A stretch of DNA of 64,000 bases from the IMG/VR virus record IMGVR_UViG_3300003323_000257, positions 32,001 through 96,000 of that record; one strand, written 5' to 3'. This DNA is from a virus. Positions 43,322 through 53,712 of this stretch are shown in pieces (within the stretch, counting starts at the first letter, position 1; every line of letters begins with the position of its first letter). The translations under genes and the position numbers were made by a program. Under the pieces are notes generated by a model. It was not told the DNA's origin, did not search any database, and saw nothing but the letters and a program-made list of their open reading frames with translations.

Positions 43322-43331
43322 CAAATTTAAT
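43322..43331 (+). promoter_or_regulatory. Putative late promoter, CAAATTTAAT variant
   Basis: Near-copy of ACAATTTAAT immediately upstream of the portal RBS. Confidence 0.5.
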
Positions 43332-43357
43332 GGTAAGGAAGATACCAAGGAGGTAAC

Positions 43358-45193
43358 GTGTTTCCACGCAACAAAATTCTAGGCGTTCACAATGGACGCA
43401 TCAAAACAGACATAGGCGGTGCCTCTCCTATGGCGGCGTACGCCTCTAAGCGATCCTACTCCGAATCTCAAACAAAAGTTACAGCAGCCCTCGGTGGTAA
43501 TCTGGGTGTAGCAGGTGGAGCAAATTCGGTTTCTATGAATTCGTTCTGGAACTCGCAGTATCAATATTGGTTCACTGGATTGATTCCTGCCGAGCCAATG
43601 TATTCTCAGTCAGCTCAACTGGCTTTGTTTTATCGGGACATTTACCTCAACGATAGCGTTGGGGGAACGGTAGTCGATTTGCAGTCGAGTTTTCCTTTCT
43701 CGGATTTTGATCTCCGAGGTGTGGATGAACGCGCTACCATCATTTATAATGATGCCATGGAGCAGCTTGATATCCAGCGAATGCTGCCTATCATTAGTAC
43801 AGCATACCTGGCCGATGGCTTCTTTGCAGGGTCCTTAATCTTTGATCCAAGAACCAAGCGTTTCGTTGACACGTTGGTTCATGATGCACTCCAATGTGCT
43901 ATTATTCCAGGCCCGTTCTTTAACCTTATGCCTCAGGTTAATGTGCAGACTTCCAGCAGCACTGTTAATCTGCTGGGATCGGATAGTCCTTACGCCAGAG
44001 AGTATGTCAATTCTCTACCTCGTGAGTTCGTGCACCTAATGAATCAAGGTCAGTACACTTTGAGTCCAATCAGCACCTTGTTCGTGGCACGTAAAACTCT
44101 GACCGATAGAGCATACGTTTCGTATCTGCACCGTCTGCTGCCAATGTATCTGATTGAGAAGACGATGTACAGGGGGACTTTAGTAGAGGCGTCTCGCAGG
44201 CAAAGGGCGACCACTCATATTACGGCAGGTGATGATGTCTGGACCCCAACTGGAGAGGAATTGGCGGCGCTGGTCTCGCAATTCCAACAAGCAGAATTCG
44301 ATCCATTAGGTGGTTGGGTATCAACTCGTAACGCAGTTCAGTTGACTGATGTACGACCTGGCGGTGACTTCTGGCGTTGGGATCAAACAGATTTGACTCC
44401 ATATAAGCTCCGTGCTCTTGGTGTGTCAGAGTCCTTCCTGAGCGGTGAGACTTCTTACGCAGCTATGGAATCTGCTTACTCCCTGTTCTTGGAATCGCAG
44501 AACGTGTATCGAAATCATTTGACGAATGCGATTTTCTACTCGACCTTGTTCCCTTTGATTGCGGTTTCCAACGGTTTGTACAAACCAGGCACACCTGAAA
44601 GTGCTAAGCTTCGTAACAGCCAGATCAGCAAATTCTTGATGCACTCCAATAATAAAGCTAATCTACTGATTCCTAAAATCATGTGGCACAAGTCTCTGGA
44701 GGCCAAGCACGAGGAATCAACCTTTGACATGCTGGAGCAGGTGTCCGAAAAAGGCGTTCCTATTCCACTTAAGCAATGGATGGCCGCAGCCGGTCTGGAC
44801 AAAGATACACTGTTGAAGGATCTCAAGGAAGACCAGGAGTTACGTAAGCTTCTTAATCGCTATACTGGTAAGGACACCACGCACGAAGGCGAAGACGAAA
44901 TTGGGGACCAAAAGGAAGAATACGCAGGTTTGAAAGTTCCTACTGCACAGTCTATCAAGAAAGGTGTCACTGGTCGACGCTCTATCCTAGGACGTAAATG
45001 GGATGATCCTCAGGACTACTCGATCGGTAAGACTGGCAAGAAGCAGTATGTTTTCAATTCTCGTTTAAAGGTACGTGATCAGAACGCGCAACTGGCAAAG
45101 ATTTCGGCAAAAATGAACATCGATGCTCACTATCGCCTTCAAGTGGCGAAGCGTAATGAACAAACACTTGGTCAATCCAAATTGGAGATTTAA
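43358..45193 (+). CDS. Portal protein
   Basis: 611 aa, GTG after AGGAGG, downstream of terL; YRDIYL..SVGGTVVD, LRALGVSESFLSGE.SYA are portal-like. Confidence 0.65.
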   Translation: MFPRNKILGVHNGRIKTDIGGASPMAAYASKRSYSESQTKVTAALGGNLGVAGGANSVSMNSFWNSQYQYWFTGLIPAEPMYSQSAQLALFYRDIYLNDSVGGTVVDLQSSFPFSDFDLRGVDERATIIYNDAMEQLDIQRMLPIISTAYLADGFFAGSLIFDPRTKRFVDTLVHDALQCAIIPGPFFNLMPQVNVQTSSSTVNLLGSDSPYAREYVNSLPREFVHLMNQGQYTLSPISTLFVARKTLTDRAYVSYLHRLLPMYLIEKTMYRGTLVEASRRQRATTHITAGDDVWTPTGEELAALVSQFQQAEFDPLGGWVSTRNAVQLTDVRPGGDFWRWDQTDLTPYKLRALGVSESFLSGETSYAAMESAYSLFLESQNVYRNHLTNAIFYSTLFPLIAVSNGLYKPGTPESAKLRNSQISKFLMHSNNKANLLIPKIMWHKSLEAKHEESTFDMLEQVSEKGVPIPLKQWMAAAGLDKDTLLKDLKEDQELRKLLNRYTGKDTTHEGEDEIGDQKEEYAGLKVPTAQSIKKGVTGRRSILGRKWDDPQDYSIGKTGKKQYVFNSRLKVRDQNAQLAKISAKMNIDAHYRLQVAKRNEQTLGQSKLEI

Positions 45194-45454
45194 ATGTACT
45201 CCTGTTTAGTAGAGTCGCGCATTAAGGGTGAGGACGAGTACGAATGGTTTCGCTATCTAGGTAAGCCCATTGAAATCCCTTTCAGGGGAATTACCCGTAC
45301 GTTGGAAACCGATCAAAAGATTGGAGTTAGGAAGTCTTCCAATGGAAAACAAATTCGTATGGTCTTCGATGGAGATATCAACAGAGTAATGACCTTGGAT
45401 TTGGCATTGGCCAAAAAGATTGCTTCCAAAGTTAAACCAGTTAAAGGACGTTAA
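45194..45454 (+). CDS. Hypothetical protein
   Basis: 86-aa ORF abutting the portal stop. Confidence 0.65.
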   Translation: MYSCLVESRIKGEDEYEWFRYLGKPIEIPFRGITRTLETDQKIGVRKSSNGKQIRMVFDGDINRVMTLDLALAKKIASKVKPVKGR

Positions 45455-45455
45455 T

Positions 45456-45905
45456 ATGGAACGCCATCCTTATGTGATGGGTCTGATCTGGGATCATTTT
45501 ACTCCACAGGTGCAGGCCCAGGTTGTAAAGGATTTGATAGCTATCCAGAACCAACCAAACGGCCGAAATCTGATGGTCTATTATGATGCTGATGTTCCTG
45601 AACTAGCCGGACTCTTGAACTCCATGCAGATTAAAAGGACTCCAGCCAAAGTCTTGGCCAAACTATGGGTCCTTTATCAGACAGGTCCAGAACAGCTTGA
45701 AGCCCCAGAGCATGCTGCTGAGGTGGTAGAGCGTGATATGCAAATCGGTGTTAAGGATCCTGCGATCTTGAATACGGATGAGCAGTCAGGCTTCTATTTG
45801 GCTCCTCAGGGGCGTAACATATCCCCTACTCTGGATTTAAATCGTCCTATGCCAGGTTGGTATCCAGGTGGCCCTACCGCAGATTTGGTCTGGCTATGGG
45901 GATAA
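45456..45905 (+). CDS. Hypothetical protein
   Basis: ATG 45456 after AAGGA. Confidence 0.65.
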   Translation: MERHPYVMGLIWDHFTPQVQAQVVKDLIAIQNQPNGRNLMVYYDADVPELAGLLNSMQIKRTPAKVLAKLWVLYQTGPEQLEAPEHAAEVVERDMQIGVKDPAILNTDEQSGFYLAPQGRNISPTLDLNRPMPGWYPGGPTADLVWLWG

Positions 45906-45906
45906 C

Positions 45907-45916
45907 ACAATTTAAT
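45907..45916 (+). promoter_or_regulatory. Putative late promoter, ACAATTTAAT motif
   Basis: Exact 10-mer found three times, each in front of a structured leader. Confidence 0.55.
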
Positions 45917-46103
45917 GACTGTAGCCTACACGAGGAACTGGGTTTCGTAAGAAACCGACTCGCGGAAGGGTGCAGTCTCTTCGTTTTAGGGGACGGTTAG
46001 GTCTGTAGGCCCTCACAACCGTCCTCTCTTTTTACCCATGGGCGTAGCTGACTCATGAGGATCTTCTCTCCGGCTATTCCCAAGGGTCCTTTTAAAGAGG
46101 ACC
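45917..46103 (+). ncRNA. ~190-nt structured RNA / leader of the tail operon
   Basis: Long hairpin gactgta...ggtttc-GTAA-gaaacc...tgcagtc; stem ggggacggtt/aaccgtcctc + T tract; ggtcct/aggacc hairpin over the RBS. Confidence 0.45.
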
Positions 46104-46107
46104 ATTC

Positions 46108-47073
46108 ATGGCATCTCTCAATGATCTACTTGCAAAGGCACGTTTGACTCCGCCTTCAGCTATTCTGAGTCCTGATGTTCGAAATAATGCGGTTACTCAG
46201 TTTAGGTCCACTACCAACCAAATTCGAAATATACCGGCATCCATTTTAGATGCTTCTGCTGCAAAGCTTCAAGGTGCTGTTGGTAATGCTGTACAGACTG
46301 GATTGTCTGACGTTCGTGGTGCAGTCGTCCAAGCTTTGAGCGGCGATTTCAGCGGTGCTCTAACAACCATAGCACAGGGCCCTCAGGATGTTCTGGGGAT
46401 GATTGAAGCATCATTTGGGTCCAATACCAGCGGTACTCCAAATCCATTCCTAGCTAATGGCGCACCAGTGAACACGCTGCAAGGAGCATTAGGTAGAAGC
46501 GATCCACTCATGAGCTTCCAATGGTATTGCGATCTGCCGACTGTTACTCCTATCGGAGGCGCCCCTGCAAATCTCTCCTGGGAATATGTGGAGGAAGCAA
46601 CTCCAAACTTTAGGGTGTTCGAAGTTCAGTCCATGCACTTTCAAGGCCGCAATCGTAATATTGTAGGCAAGTATTCGGTGGACCCTTTGCGCTTGAATTT
46701 CTACGCCGATGTATCGAACACTGCACTCCTGTATCTGCAGGCATGGAACGGTGCGGTACTTCGTCCGTTTGACGAATCCCAGGCTTCTTCTATGGGCGGT
46801 GGCTTCGGAAGACCATCGGACTATATGAAGCCCATTAATCTGTACCTGTTTGACCCAACCAAGGCCTTAGTGTTTAACCTTAGCTATACCGAGTGCTGGC
46901 CTACTTCCACAGAAGGTTTACACCTAGATAGCGGATCATCTACGCGATTGACCTTCAATGTTTCCTTTAGTGTAGGCGATGTTTTCATTCAGGCCCTCAA
47001 GATCAATAACAATCTTAGCGGGCAGTTTTTGCTCAACACCATAACCAATAATCTGCTTTCTGGCATACTCTAA
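46108..47073 (+). CDS. Tail-tube-like baseplate protein (gp19/gp54 fold)
   Basis: C-terminal domain DPL.LNFYAD...YLQAW...I.LYLFD...YTECWPTS..GL.LD...LTFNVSFS. Confidence 0.65.
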   Translation: MASLNDLLAKARLTPPSAILSPDVRNNAVTQFRSTTNQIRNIPASILDASAAKLQGAVGNAVQTGLSDVRGAVVQALSGDFSGALTTIAQGPQDVLGMIEASFGSNTSGTPNPFLANGAPVNTLQGALGRSDPLMSFQWYCDLPTVTPIGGAPANLSWEYVEEATPNFRVFEVQSMHFQGRNRNIVGKYSVDPLRLNFYADVSNTALLYLQAWNGAVLRPFDESQASSMGGGFGRPSDYMKPINLYLFDPTKALVFNLSYTECWPTSTEGLHLDSGSSTRLTFNVSFSVGDVFIQALKINNNLSGQFLLNTITNNLLSGIL

Positions 47074-47087
47074 TAAAGGAGTCCATC

Positions 47088-48161
47088 ATGGACCAACCAA
47101 CAGAACAATTCGTACCCTTCCCAGCCGAAAAACGTCAGCAACTGGAATCCAAAGTAAAGCCTGGAACTATTCACAATCCGCATCACCCGAACAACCGCCA
47201 GCCAGCTCAAAACATTCAGATGGCTGGTGGACCTCGTGTAATTCAAGGTAATCCGCCCGGTGTAGCTGCATATCGTGAATCTGCTAATGCAGGACCGATA
47301 CCGGGTACACTTGCCTACAATAGGCAGCCGATACCTATGGCTGCTCCTATTCCTGAGCCACAACCTTATGTTCATGTAACTCCGAACTCTGAGGATGAGG
47401 CAGTTTCGTTTGAGCTGCCTTCCAATTTCCTGTTCTATGATTTCAAAGACTTGTATATCAAACCGTTTAAAGGACGTCAGTTCTCCAAACTGCACCGTGC
47501 GCGTGAGGAAGAGTCCTTGCTTCATGTGGTAGAAGCGGTAAGTGCTGTCATTAGCACTGCTACTATCAAGGAAGGCCTAGGCTTCTGGCTTACACTTCCA
47601 GACTTCTATGCTTGTTTGTATTGGCTGAGGATGCACTCGTTCCTTAAGCACGGATTCACACATCAGACTATTTGCAGGTCTAAGAAGCACCACGAGTGGG
47701 TAGAGAAAGGTCGCCTGGCTGAGAATGGTGAGACTCGTATTCCTGTGGCTGCAGATACGCTTAAGCACGCAGAGATCATCAATAAGGCTTCGTTGAAGAC
47801 CAGAAATCTTACAGAGCTTCCGAATCTTGAAGATTTCCAACTTTCCTATCCAGGACTGAAGTTGGTGCCGGTACTGATGCGCGATGTTCTGGAAATCACC
47901 ATGAACGAATCTACTGATCGATTTGCTGCGCGTACAGCTTCGTCATTCCAGTTTGAGGATCGTTTTGCTACCCTTCAAGAGCGTATGGCAATTGTCGATG
48001 ATCTTTCAGGTGATGACATCGCTACTATTGCCGCCTGGGAGAAGGCTTGTTCCAATTACGGCGTAGAGGAATCCATCAAATGGACTTGCAAAACATGCGG
48101 TCACATTCATACCGATGAACTCCAGATAGAGGCCCACAGTTTTTTCCCATCGGCAGCATGA
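47088..48161 (+). CDS. Baseplate hub / tail assembly chaperone (T4 gp26-like)
   Basis: ACLYWLRMHS, YGVEESIKWTCKTCGH; upstream of the tape-measure-like gene. Confidence 0.6.
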   Translation: MDQPTEQFVPFPAEKRQQLESKVKPGTIHNPHHPNNRQPAQNIQMAGGPRVIQGNPPGVAAYRESANAGPIPGTLAYNRQPIPMAAPIPEPQPYVHVTPNSEDEAVSFELPSNFLFYDFKDLYIKPFKGRQFSKLHRAREEESLLHVVEAVSAVISTATIKEGLGFWLTLPDFYACLYWLRMHSFLKHGFTHQTICRSKKHHEWVEKGRLAENGETRIPVAADTLKHAEIINKASLKTRNLTELPNLEDFQLSYPGLKLVPVLMRDVLEITMNESTDRFAARTASSFQFEDRFATLQERMAIVDDLSGDDIATIAAWEKACSNYGVEESIKWTCKTCGHIHTDELQIEAHSFFPSAA

Positions 48162-48322
48162 AGTCCTATCTTGAACTACATGGATTGATTGCTGCGGAGT
48201 ATCACATAACACTGCCTGATACCACGCCGTTGTATCAGATTCAGTATATGGCATCTCTGGCTGAGAATCGACGTAATGACAGATTAAAAGCCGCGCAAGA
48301 GGGGAAAGTGTGGGTTGGATAA
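48158..48322 (+). CDS. 54-aa tail chaperone partner (not in ORF track); possible -1 frameshift extension
   Basis: MKSYLELHGLIAAEYHITLPDTTPLYQIQYMASLAENRRNDRLKAAQEGKVWVG lies in the -1 frame of the slippery site T TTT TTC at 48140-48146. Confidence 0.65.
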   Translation: MKSYLELHGLIAAEYHITLPDTTPLYQIQYMASLAENRRNDRLKAAQEGKVWVG

Positions 48323-48333
48323 AAGGATAAGTA

Positions 48334-49932
48334 ATGACACTCAACACACGAAACCAGTCCAAATGGGATAGTTTGCAGGACCAAGGCCAGCATACGATAG
48401 ACAAGGTGCTGGCCGGTAAGGCTACTGAAGCTGATCTGTCCCAACTGTCTAAATTGCTCACCGAACAGCACGAATTGGCAGGTAAGATTTTTGACCAAGG
48501 AGTGGAAGACGCTAAGCTTACGGCAGATACCATAGTCGATAAGTTGAACAAGGAGCGTATCGAGTCTGGTAAGAGATCATTAACTCAGAAGGCTTTCAAT
48601 CGGATTTTCCAGACGACCTTCCAACAAGTCATGAGTCAGGCCATAGAGGATATTCTAGGTCAGGTGCATGATGAGTTTGAATCTCAGTCTGAGGAAATCA
48701 AGACCAAAATCGATAAAGCCCTAGAAGGTATCAGAGGCTTTCATGCGCCTACTGAAGCACCGCGAACTCCAACGGATCGTCTTCTAGGTAAGAAACCTGA
48801 AAAGGAAGCGCATCTAGCTGAAACCGCGCCTTCTGAGAAGTCCTTGATGGATCGTGTTTTGAGTCGCCAGGACAAGGCAGATCAACAGCGTACCGAAGTC
48901 ATGCAAATGATACGTGACACTGCGGCGTCTGTGAAGGATAAGGTTACCAGTTTGTACGACCGATTCACCAAGCGTAACGAAGATGACGAAGAGGAGAAGA
49001 AGGCGTCTATTTGGATGCGTAAGCTCCGTAGCATTTTTCAGCCATTTAAATCAGCATGGTCAAAGGGTAAAGCAGCCAAGAATAAGGTTCAAAGTCTTTT
49101 GGAGATGATAGGTAAGCCTTTGCTCTTGGCTGTTATGAACCCTGCCTTGATAAAAAGCATTACCGATGAGGTGTCACAGTATTTGAACTTTGATACCATT
49201 TCCAAGTTTATGTCCGATATGTGGGATGACGCAAAGAAGGTAGGTTCAGATTCCATAGATTGGATTATTGACAAGGTAAAGACATTCTTTGGATTCGGTA
49301 AAAAGGAAAAGCCGAACGTAAAGCCTAAGGTTGACACGATTGCACAAGCGGCAGCAGGTACAACTCAAACGCTTCCTTCCTCTATAACACCGGCGCAGGC
49401 GGCATCAGAAATACCTAAAGCTCAAAATGGGCTAGAACAGGCGCAAAAGACGTTGGCGGATGCACAGGCTCGGTACAAGGCACAGCCTACACCTGCCAAT
49501 AAGAAGGCAGTCGACTCTGCTCAGATGACGCTGAACTATTGGCAAAATCGCGTTACGATGTACACGCAGCGCGCTAGTCAGTCCAAGCTGGCTGGTCAGA
49601 GTGTGGACCAAGCACAGATCATTGTAACTCCGACGCAGCCGATAGCAGGTCCTGCTTCTACTGAAGTTGCTGCATCACAAACTACAGTAACCCAAGGTGC
49701 TCCAGCTGCTGTACTGAATCAATCTTCAGTTGCAGCACCACGTACCGAGGTTATTATGGACATGCCAAAAATGACACCAGGTAAAGCTTTTGTTCCACCA
49801 GAAGCTGCCGCAGAGGAGAAGGCTCAAGCAGATCAGAAGAATGCTGCAATCTCTCAGATCGGTATAGGGTCCTTTGGCTTCGACTCAGGTGACGCGGCTC
49901 TTAATATCCTGAACTTAGGCATGTTAACTTAA
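48334..49932 (+). CDS. Tape-measure / baseplate hub-like protein
   Basis: 532 aa, helical/coiled coil, follows the chaperone pair. Confidence 0.5.
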   Translation: MTLNTRNQSKWDSLQDQGQHTIDKVLAGKATEADLSQLSKLLTEQHELAGKIFDQGVEDAKLTADTIVDKLNKERIESGKRSLTQKAFNRIFQTTFQQVMSQAIEDILGQVHDEFESQSEEIKTKIDKALEGIRGFHAPTEAPRTPTDRLLGKKPEKEAHLAETAPSEKSLMDRVLSRQDKADQQRTEVMQMIRDTAASVKDKVTSLYDRFTKRNEDDEEEKKASIWMRKLRSIFQPFKSAWSKGKAAKNKVQSLLEMIGKPLLLAVMNPALIKSITDEVSQYLNFDTISKFMSDMWDDAKKVGSDSIDWIIDKVKTFFGFGKKEKPNVKPKVDTIAQAAAGTTQTLPSSITPAQAASEIPKAQNGLEQAQKTLADAQARYKAQPTPANKKAVDSAQMTLNYWQNRVTMYTQRASQSKLAGQSVDQAQIIVTPTQPIAGPASTEVAASQTTVTQGAPAAVLNQSSVAAPRTEVIMDMPKMTPGKAFVPPEAAAEEKAQADQKNAAISQIGIGSFGFDSGDAALNILNLGMLT

Positions 49933-49940
49933 ACCTAGGA

Positions 49941-51413
49941 ATGGAAATGAACTATACGCTTGATAGATTTCCTGCTAAAGAAGACGTTCCTGTTTTGGAA
50001 GCTTTCGAAGGTCTCAAGACCTTATCAGTTATGGCAGGTAACTTGGAACGTCTTCTTGAAAACTTAGGAACGCGCAGGCGTGATCGCAAACAAGCAGCAA
50101 AAGCCATGCAGGCAGTCATTAAGATGGCAGAGAAGGTGGAAGCGTCCACCACAGAAGAAAGCAGCACCGATTTACTTGGCAGCCTTCTCGGCAAGGTTTT
50201 AAAGTTCATCGGAAAGAAGATCATTAAGGCTATCGTTCGACCTATTCTTCGCTTCGCAGCAGAGACTGCAATGAATATGGTACGAATAGCTGCGCGAACT
50301 GTTATGCGGTTTGTGTTGGTCCCAATATTTGAGGCCGTAGTTGGATTTGCTGTGGCCAACCCCGTTACAGCTGCAATTCTTGGTGTAGGTGCATTAGCTG
50401 CTGGTGGATATGCACTGTACAAAAAGTATTTTGCTGCGCCTGAGGTAGAGGAAGTCGAGGTTACTCCAACTGCTGCTGTAGTTGAAGGTGCTCCTGCGGA
50501 GACCCTACCAGAACAGCCCCAAGCTAAAACTCCTGAGAACAAAGTAGAAGAGGTTGTTTCCAAGGTAAGGGAGAGTGAACCTATAAAAGCAGTGGAGAGG
50601 TTTATTTCTCAACCAAAGATTTACAAGGAGAAGCCTCGAACTGGTAAATTCAAGGGCTTTGGTAGTGACGTGGATCAATACATCAGAGAGGCCTCTGCTC
50701 GTTATCCTATATTACCTATTGATGTTTTGCGGGGCTTTGTGAAGATGGAAGCCGGCTGGACTGGCGCGATGTCTCCTACTGGTGCTATCGGCACAGGACA
50801 GTTCACTGCAGGTCCTTGGAATGCGCTGATTAGTCAAGGCGGTTCTGAAATAGGTATGACACCTATTACTGGTATATATGGAGAGGAAAAGGATAAACAC
50901 GGTAAGCCAATTAGGCCACACGTGCAGCCTAATCCTAAAGGTAACTTTAGAACCGAGAACGATCCACGTTTTGATAAACGCATCAACACGTTGGCTACTG
51001 CATTACTAGCCTCAAAGAATGCTGAAATGTTGAAGCGGGCAGGTCTACCTGTAACTGGAGCTAATCTGTATATGATGCACAATATTGGACCTGGCATTAT
51101 ACCTGTAATGAAAGGAGCGCCTGCTTCTGCGGCTACATTGAAAGCAATGAGGCAGAACGGTATGGTGTCCGACATGACTGATAGAGAGTTCCTGGAGTTT
51201 CAGAAGAAACGGTTCGAGAGCGCCTACCAAGAATCTAACACTTCGACGGAGCTGGTATCGGACCAACCTAGAATGGCTGCAGCTCTGACCACTGAGCCTA
51301 AACCCCGAACTCCTACTAAGGCAGGCCCTACTGCGACTCCAGGCCCCTTGGCACAGACTAACTCTACATCGAACCTAATTAAAGGTGTAGGGAATTCCAT
51401 AGTGAGAATCTAA
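49941..51413 (+). CDS. Virion-associated lytic transglycosylase-like protein
   Basis: LRGFVKMEAGW...TGAIGTGQF..G.W and LYMMHNIGPG lysozyme-fold motifs. Confidence 0.75.
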   Translation: MEMNYTLDRFPAKEDVPVLEAFEGLKTLSVMAGNLERLLENLGTRRRDRKQAAKAMQAVIKMAEKVEASTTEESSTDLLGSLLGKVLKFIGKKIIKAIVRPILRFAAETAMNMVRIAARTVMRFVLVPIFEAVVGFAVANPVTAAILGVGALAAGGYALYKKYFAAPEVEEVEVTPTAAVVEGAPAETLPEQPQAKTPENKVEEVVSKVRESEPIKAVERFISQPKIYKEKPRTGKFKGFGSDVDQYIREASARYPILPIDVLRGFVKMEAGWTGAMSPTGAIGTGQFTAGPWNALISQGGSEIGMTPITGIYGEEKDKHGKPIRPHVQPNPKGNFRTENDPRFDKRINTLATALLASKNAEMLKRAGLPVTGANLYMMHNIGPGIIPVMKGAPASAATLKAMRQNGMVSDMTDREFLEFQKKRFESAYQESNTSTELVSDQPRMAAALTTEPKPRTPTKAGPTATPGPLAQTNSTSNLIKGVGNSIVRI

Positions 51414-52235
51414 ATGCGCCTGAACAATCCAGATTATTTGGTGATAATCAAACAAGTGGCAGACCCGGCTAATCCTGCAGCAGGTGGGGCTACTGTAATA
51501 GCCCCGCTGCCTGAGTCGTTTGCCTATGACACCTCCAGTAATTACGAGGCCCCATTTGCTCAAGGTATGTTAGGTGGAGGCACTGCGGCGACTACGTTAG
51601 CAGCCTACGGCATTCGATTGACCACCCAGGCGATGACTGCTCAGCTTTGGCAAGGTTCAAATGACAGCAATCTTACTCTTGATCTTGAGTTTCAAACTTT
51701 CGACGATCCAGACAAAGACGTAAGGACTCCAGTACTGACATTAAAAAAGATGGCGGCTCCTTCAATCAATGCAGCAGGACTACTTCAAAGCCCAGGGCCG
51801 CGTATTAGCTTAGAGGATACCGGTAAGCTTATATCGTCTTCTGGAAGCACAGTATTCAATGAGGCCAAACAGGTCGCTAACAGTATAGCTTCGACTGTAG
51901 GTATTCCAGGTCGCTTGGACGTAAGCAAATCACTGACTGGTCAAAACGACAATCTAAACTCCAATCAGAAGGCTAACGCTCCTCCGCAAGTGGAGAATGG
52001 GTTAGGAGGTGCGCAGTTCTGGAAGAACGTAATTCGTAACCAGATTAGCATTCAAATCGGCAGCTACGCCTTCTTTGATTCTGTGGTGATATTCAACGCG
52101 CAGGAGACTTGGAGCAATCAGATTGACGCACGTACTGGATTACCTTTGCATGCAAAGGTTACCATAAACTTTAAGCCTTTATTCTTGGTCACTCAACAAG
52201 ACCTTGATAACATTTTCAAACGGAGACCTCGATGA
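51414..52235 (+). CDS. Baseplate / tail-tube initiator protein
   Basis: LW.GS....LTLDLEF...D; AKVTINFKP; position in the baseplate operon. Confidence 0.55.
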   Translation: MRLNNPDYLVIIKQVADPANPAAGGATVIAPLPESFAYDTSSNYEAPFAQGMLGGGTAATTLAAYGIRLTTQAMTAQLWQGSNDSNLTLDLEFQTFDDPDKDVRTPVLTLKKMAAPSINAAGLLQSPGPRISLEDTGKLISSSGSTVFNEAKQVANSIASTVGIPGRLDVSKSLTGQNDNLNSNQKANAPPQVENGLGGAQFWKNVIRNQISIQIGSYAFFDSVVIFNAQETWSNQIDARTGLPLHAKVTINFKPLFLVTQQDLDNIFKRRPR

Positions 52236-52567
52236 GTCAAGATTTCGACTATTCAAAGTTTACTCCTCTTGATAATACACTCCAACAGTACAACATATTC
52301 CGTTCGGCCTACAAGAATATACGATTTGCGCTTCCTGTAAATGAAACCATTACAGTTAAGGAGCACGACATAGGAAATCTTGCAGGACTGGCGTTCAAGT
52401 CCTATGGAGACGTGAGTATGTGGCGTGTAATTCAAGAGTACAACGGAATCCAGGACCCTATTCAGGATATGTGGGCAGGGCAGATTCTCAAACTACCTTT
52501 AAAGTCTGCAGTCATTCAGTATATGAACGATCAACTGCACTCCAAATCACAGACCTTCATTATCTAG
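52232..52567 (+). CDS. LysM-like baseplate wedge protein (gp53/gpX-like)
   Basis: LAGLAFKSYGDVSMWRVIQEYNGIQDP...GQILKLP. Confidence 0.75.
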   Translation: MSQDFDYSKFTPLDNTLQQYNIFRSAYKNIRFALPVNETITVKEHDIGNLAGLAFKSYGDVSMWRVIQEYNGIQDPIQDMWAGQILKLPLKSAVIQYMNDQLHSKSQTFII

Positions 52568-52575
52568 GTTACGCT

Positions 52576-53703
52576 ATGAGCTATTTGGTTAATGATCGCC
52601 TTGAGGTATCAGTCTATGTTGCGGACATCGAGTACCCCTTACAGGCGATCAATCTGTTGAACTGGCTTCATATAGCCACTACAGTGCGAATTGGCTTACC
52701 TACTTTGGGTATGCAGATCAAGGATGTTCAGCACGTCTTCGATAAAATAGGTCTTCTGGATGGTACCCCTATTCGAGTGGTCATTAAAGCCTTAGGCAAG
52801 GACAGCAAGACCTACGTCTTTAGAAAGTTTAATCACAAGCGTGTGCTAACAGGTGACGCTTATACGTGGACTATCTTTGGTTACTGGGATGCCCCGCTCT
52901 ATTGGGCTGCCTCCTCTGTCGAGGCTCTTGAAGGTACTGCTGATAACGTACTCCAGCAAATCGCGTCCACCTGTGGCTTAAAGTACGATGGTACTCCTAC
53001 CAATGATAGCCAGATATGGGTCCCGCGCAACCGTACCTATAGAGCATGGGCAAAAGACATAGCAGACCATGCTTGGGTTAACGACACTTCCTGCATGATT
53101 CTAGGTATTGACCTTGACGGCACCTTACGCTTCAAGGACGTGAATAACCTACCAGACGCGCAAATCAAAATCATCGGCTATACCTACGCTTCGGACGCGC
53201 TTACGGCCACCGATCTCGAGGTTAACGCAGCCTCCGGCTTGAACAACGTGCTTTCTGGCTACCAAAACATGAGGGTATCTCAATCGCAGATTACTGACGA
53301 CACACACACCGTCATAAAGGATTTGGCGTTCACTCCTGACGTAAAAACCCCTCACTATAATGACGCTTTGAAACAAACATTGAATCGCGGGGCAGTTCGA
53401 TTCTCTCCAATTGACGCAGGTAACGTTCATGATAATTATGAAAAAGCCTCTTACCAAAATTTGCGATATCGTAACCTGCTTAGCTTCGGTCTGGATGCTC
53501 TTATGGTGGATGCCACTGATGTTCCGTTAATTGCGCGTGTTAATCTAGGGCTCCAAGTAGAAGGCTCTGCGCAGGACACATCAAACTCAGGTAATTACAC
53601 CACTACCGGACATGCAATCTACGTCCAAGGGGCTAATTATTCGGAGAAAATAGGCATGTGCCGACACGGCACCAACGAGATTGCCAACGGTACACAGAAC
53701 TAG
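52576..53703 (+). CDS. Baseplate hub protein (gp27/gpD-like)
   Basis: GTADNVLQQIASTCGLKY..., upstream of the spike gene. Confidence 0.6.
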   Translation: MSYLVNDRLEVSVYVADIEYPLQAINLLNWLHIATTVRIGLPTLGMQIKDVQHVFDKIGLLDGTPIRVVIKALGKDSKTYVFRKFNHKRVLTGDAYTWTIFGYWDAPLYWAASSVEALEGTADNVLQQIASTCGLKYDGTPTNDSQIWVPRNRTYRAWAKDIADHAWVNDTSCMILGIDLDGTLRFKDVNNLPDAQIKIIGYTYASDALTATDLEVNAASGLNNVLSGYQNMRVSQSQITDDTHTVIKDLAFTPDVKTPHYNDALKQTLNRGAVRFSPIDAGNVHDNYEKASYQNLRYRNLLSFGLDALMVDATDVPLIARVNLGLQVEGSAQDTSNSGNYTTTGHAIYVQGANYSEKIGMCRHGTNEIANGTQN

Positions 53704-53712
53704 GAGTAGTCC

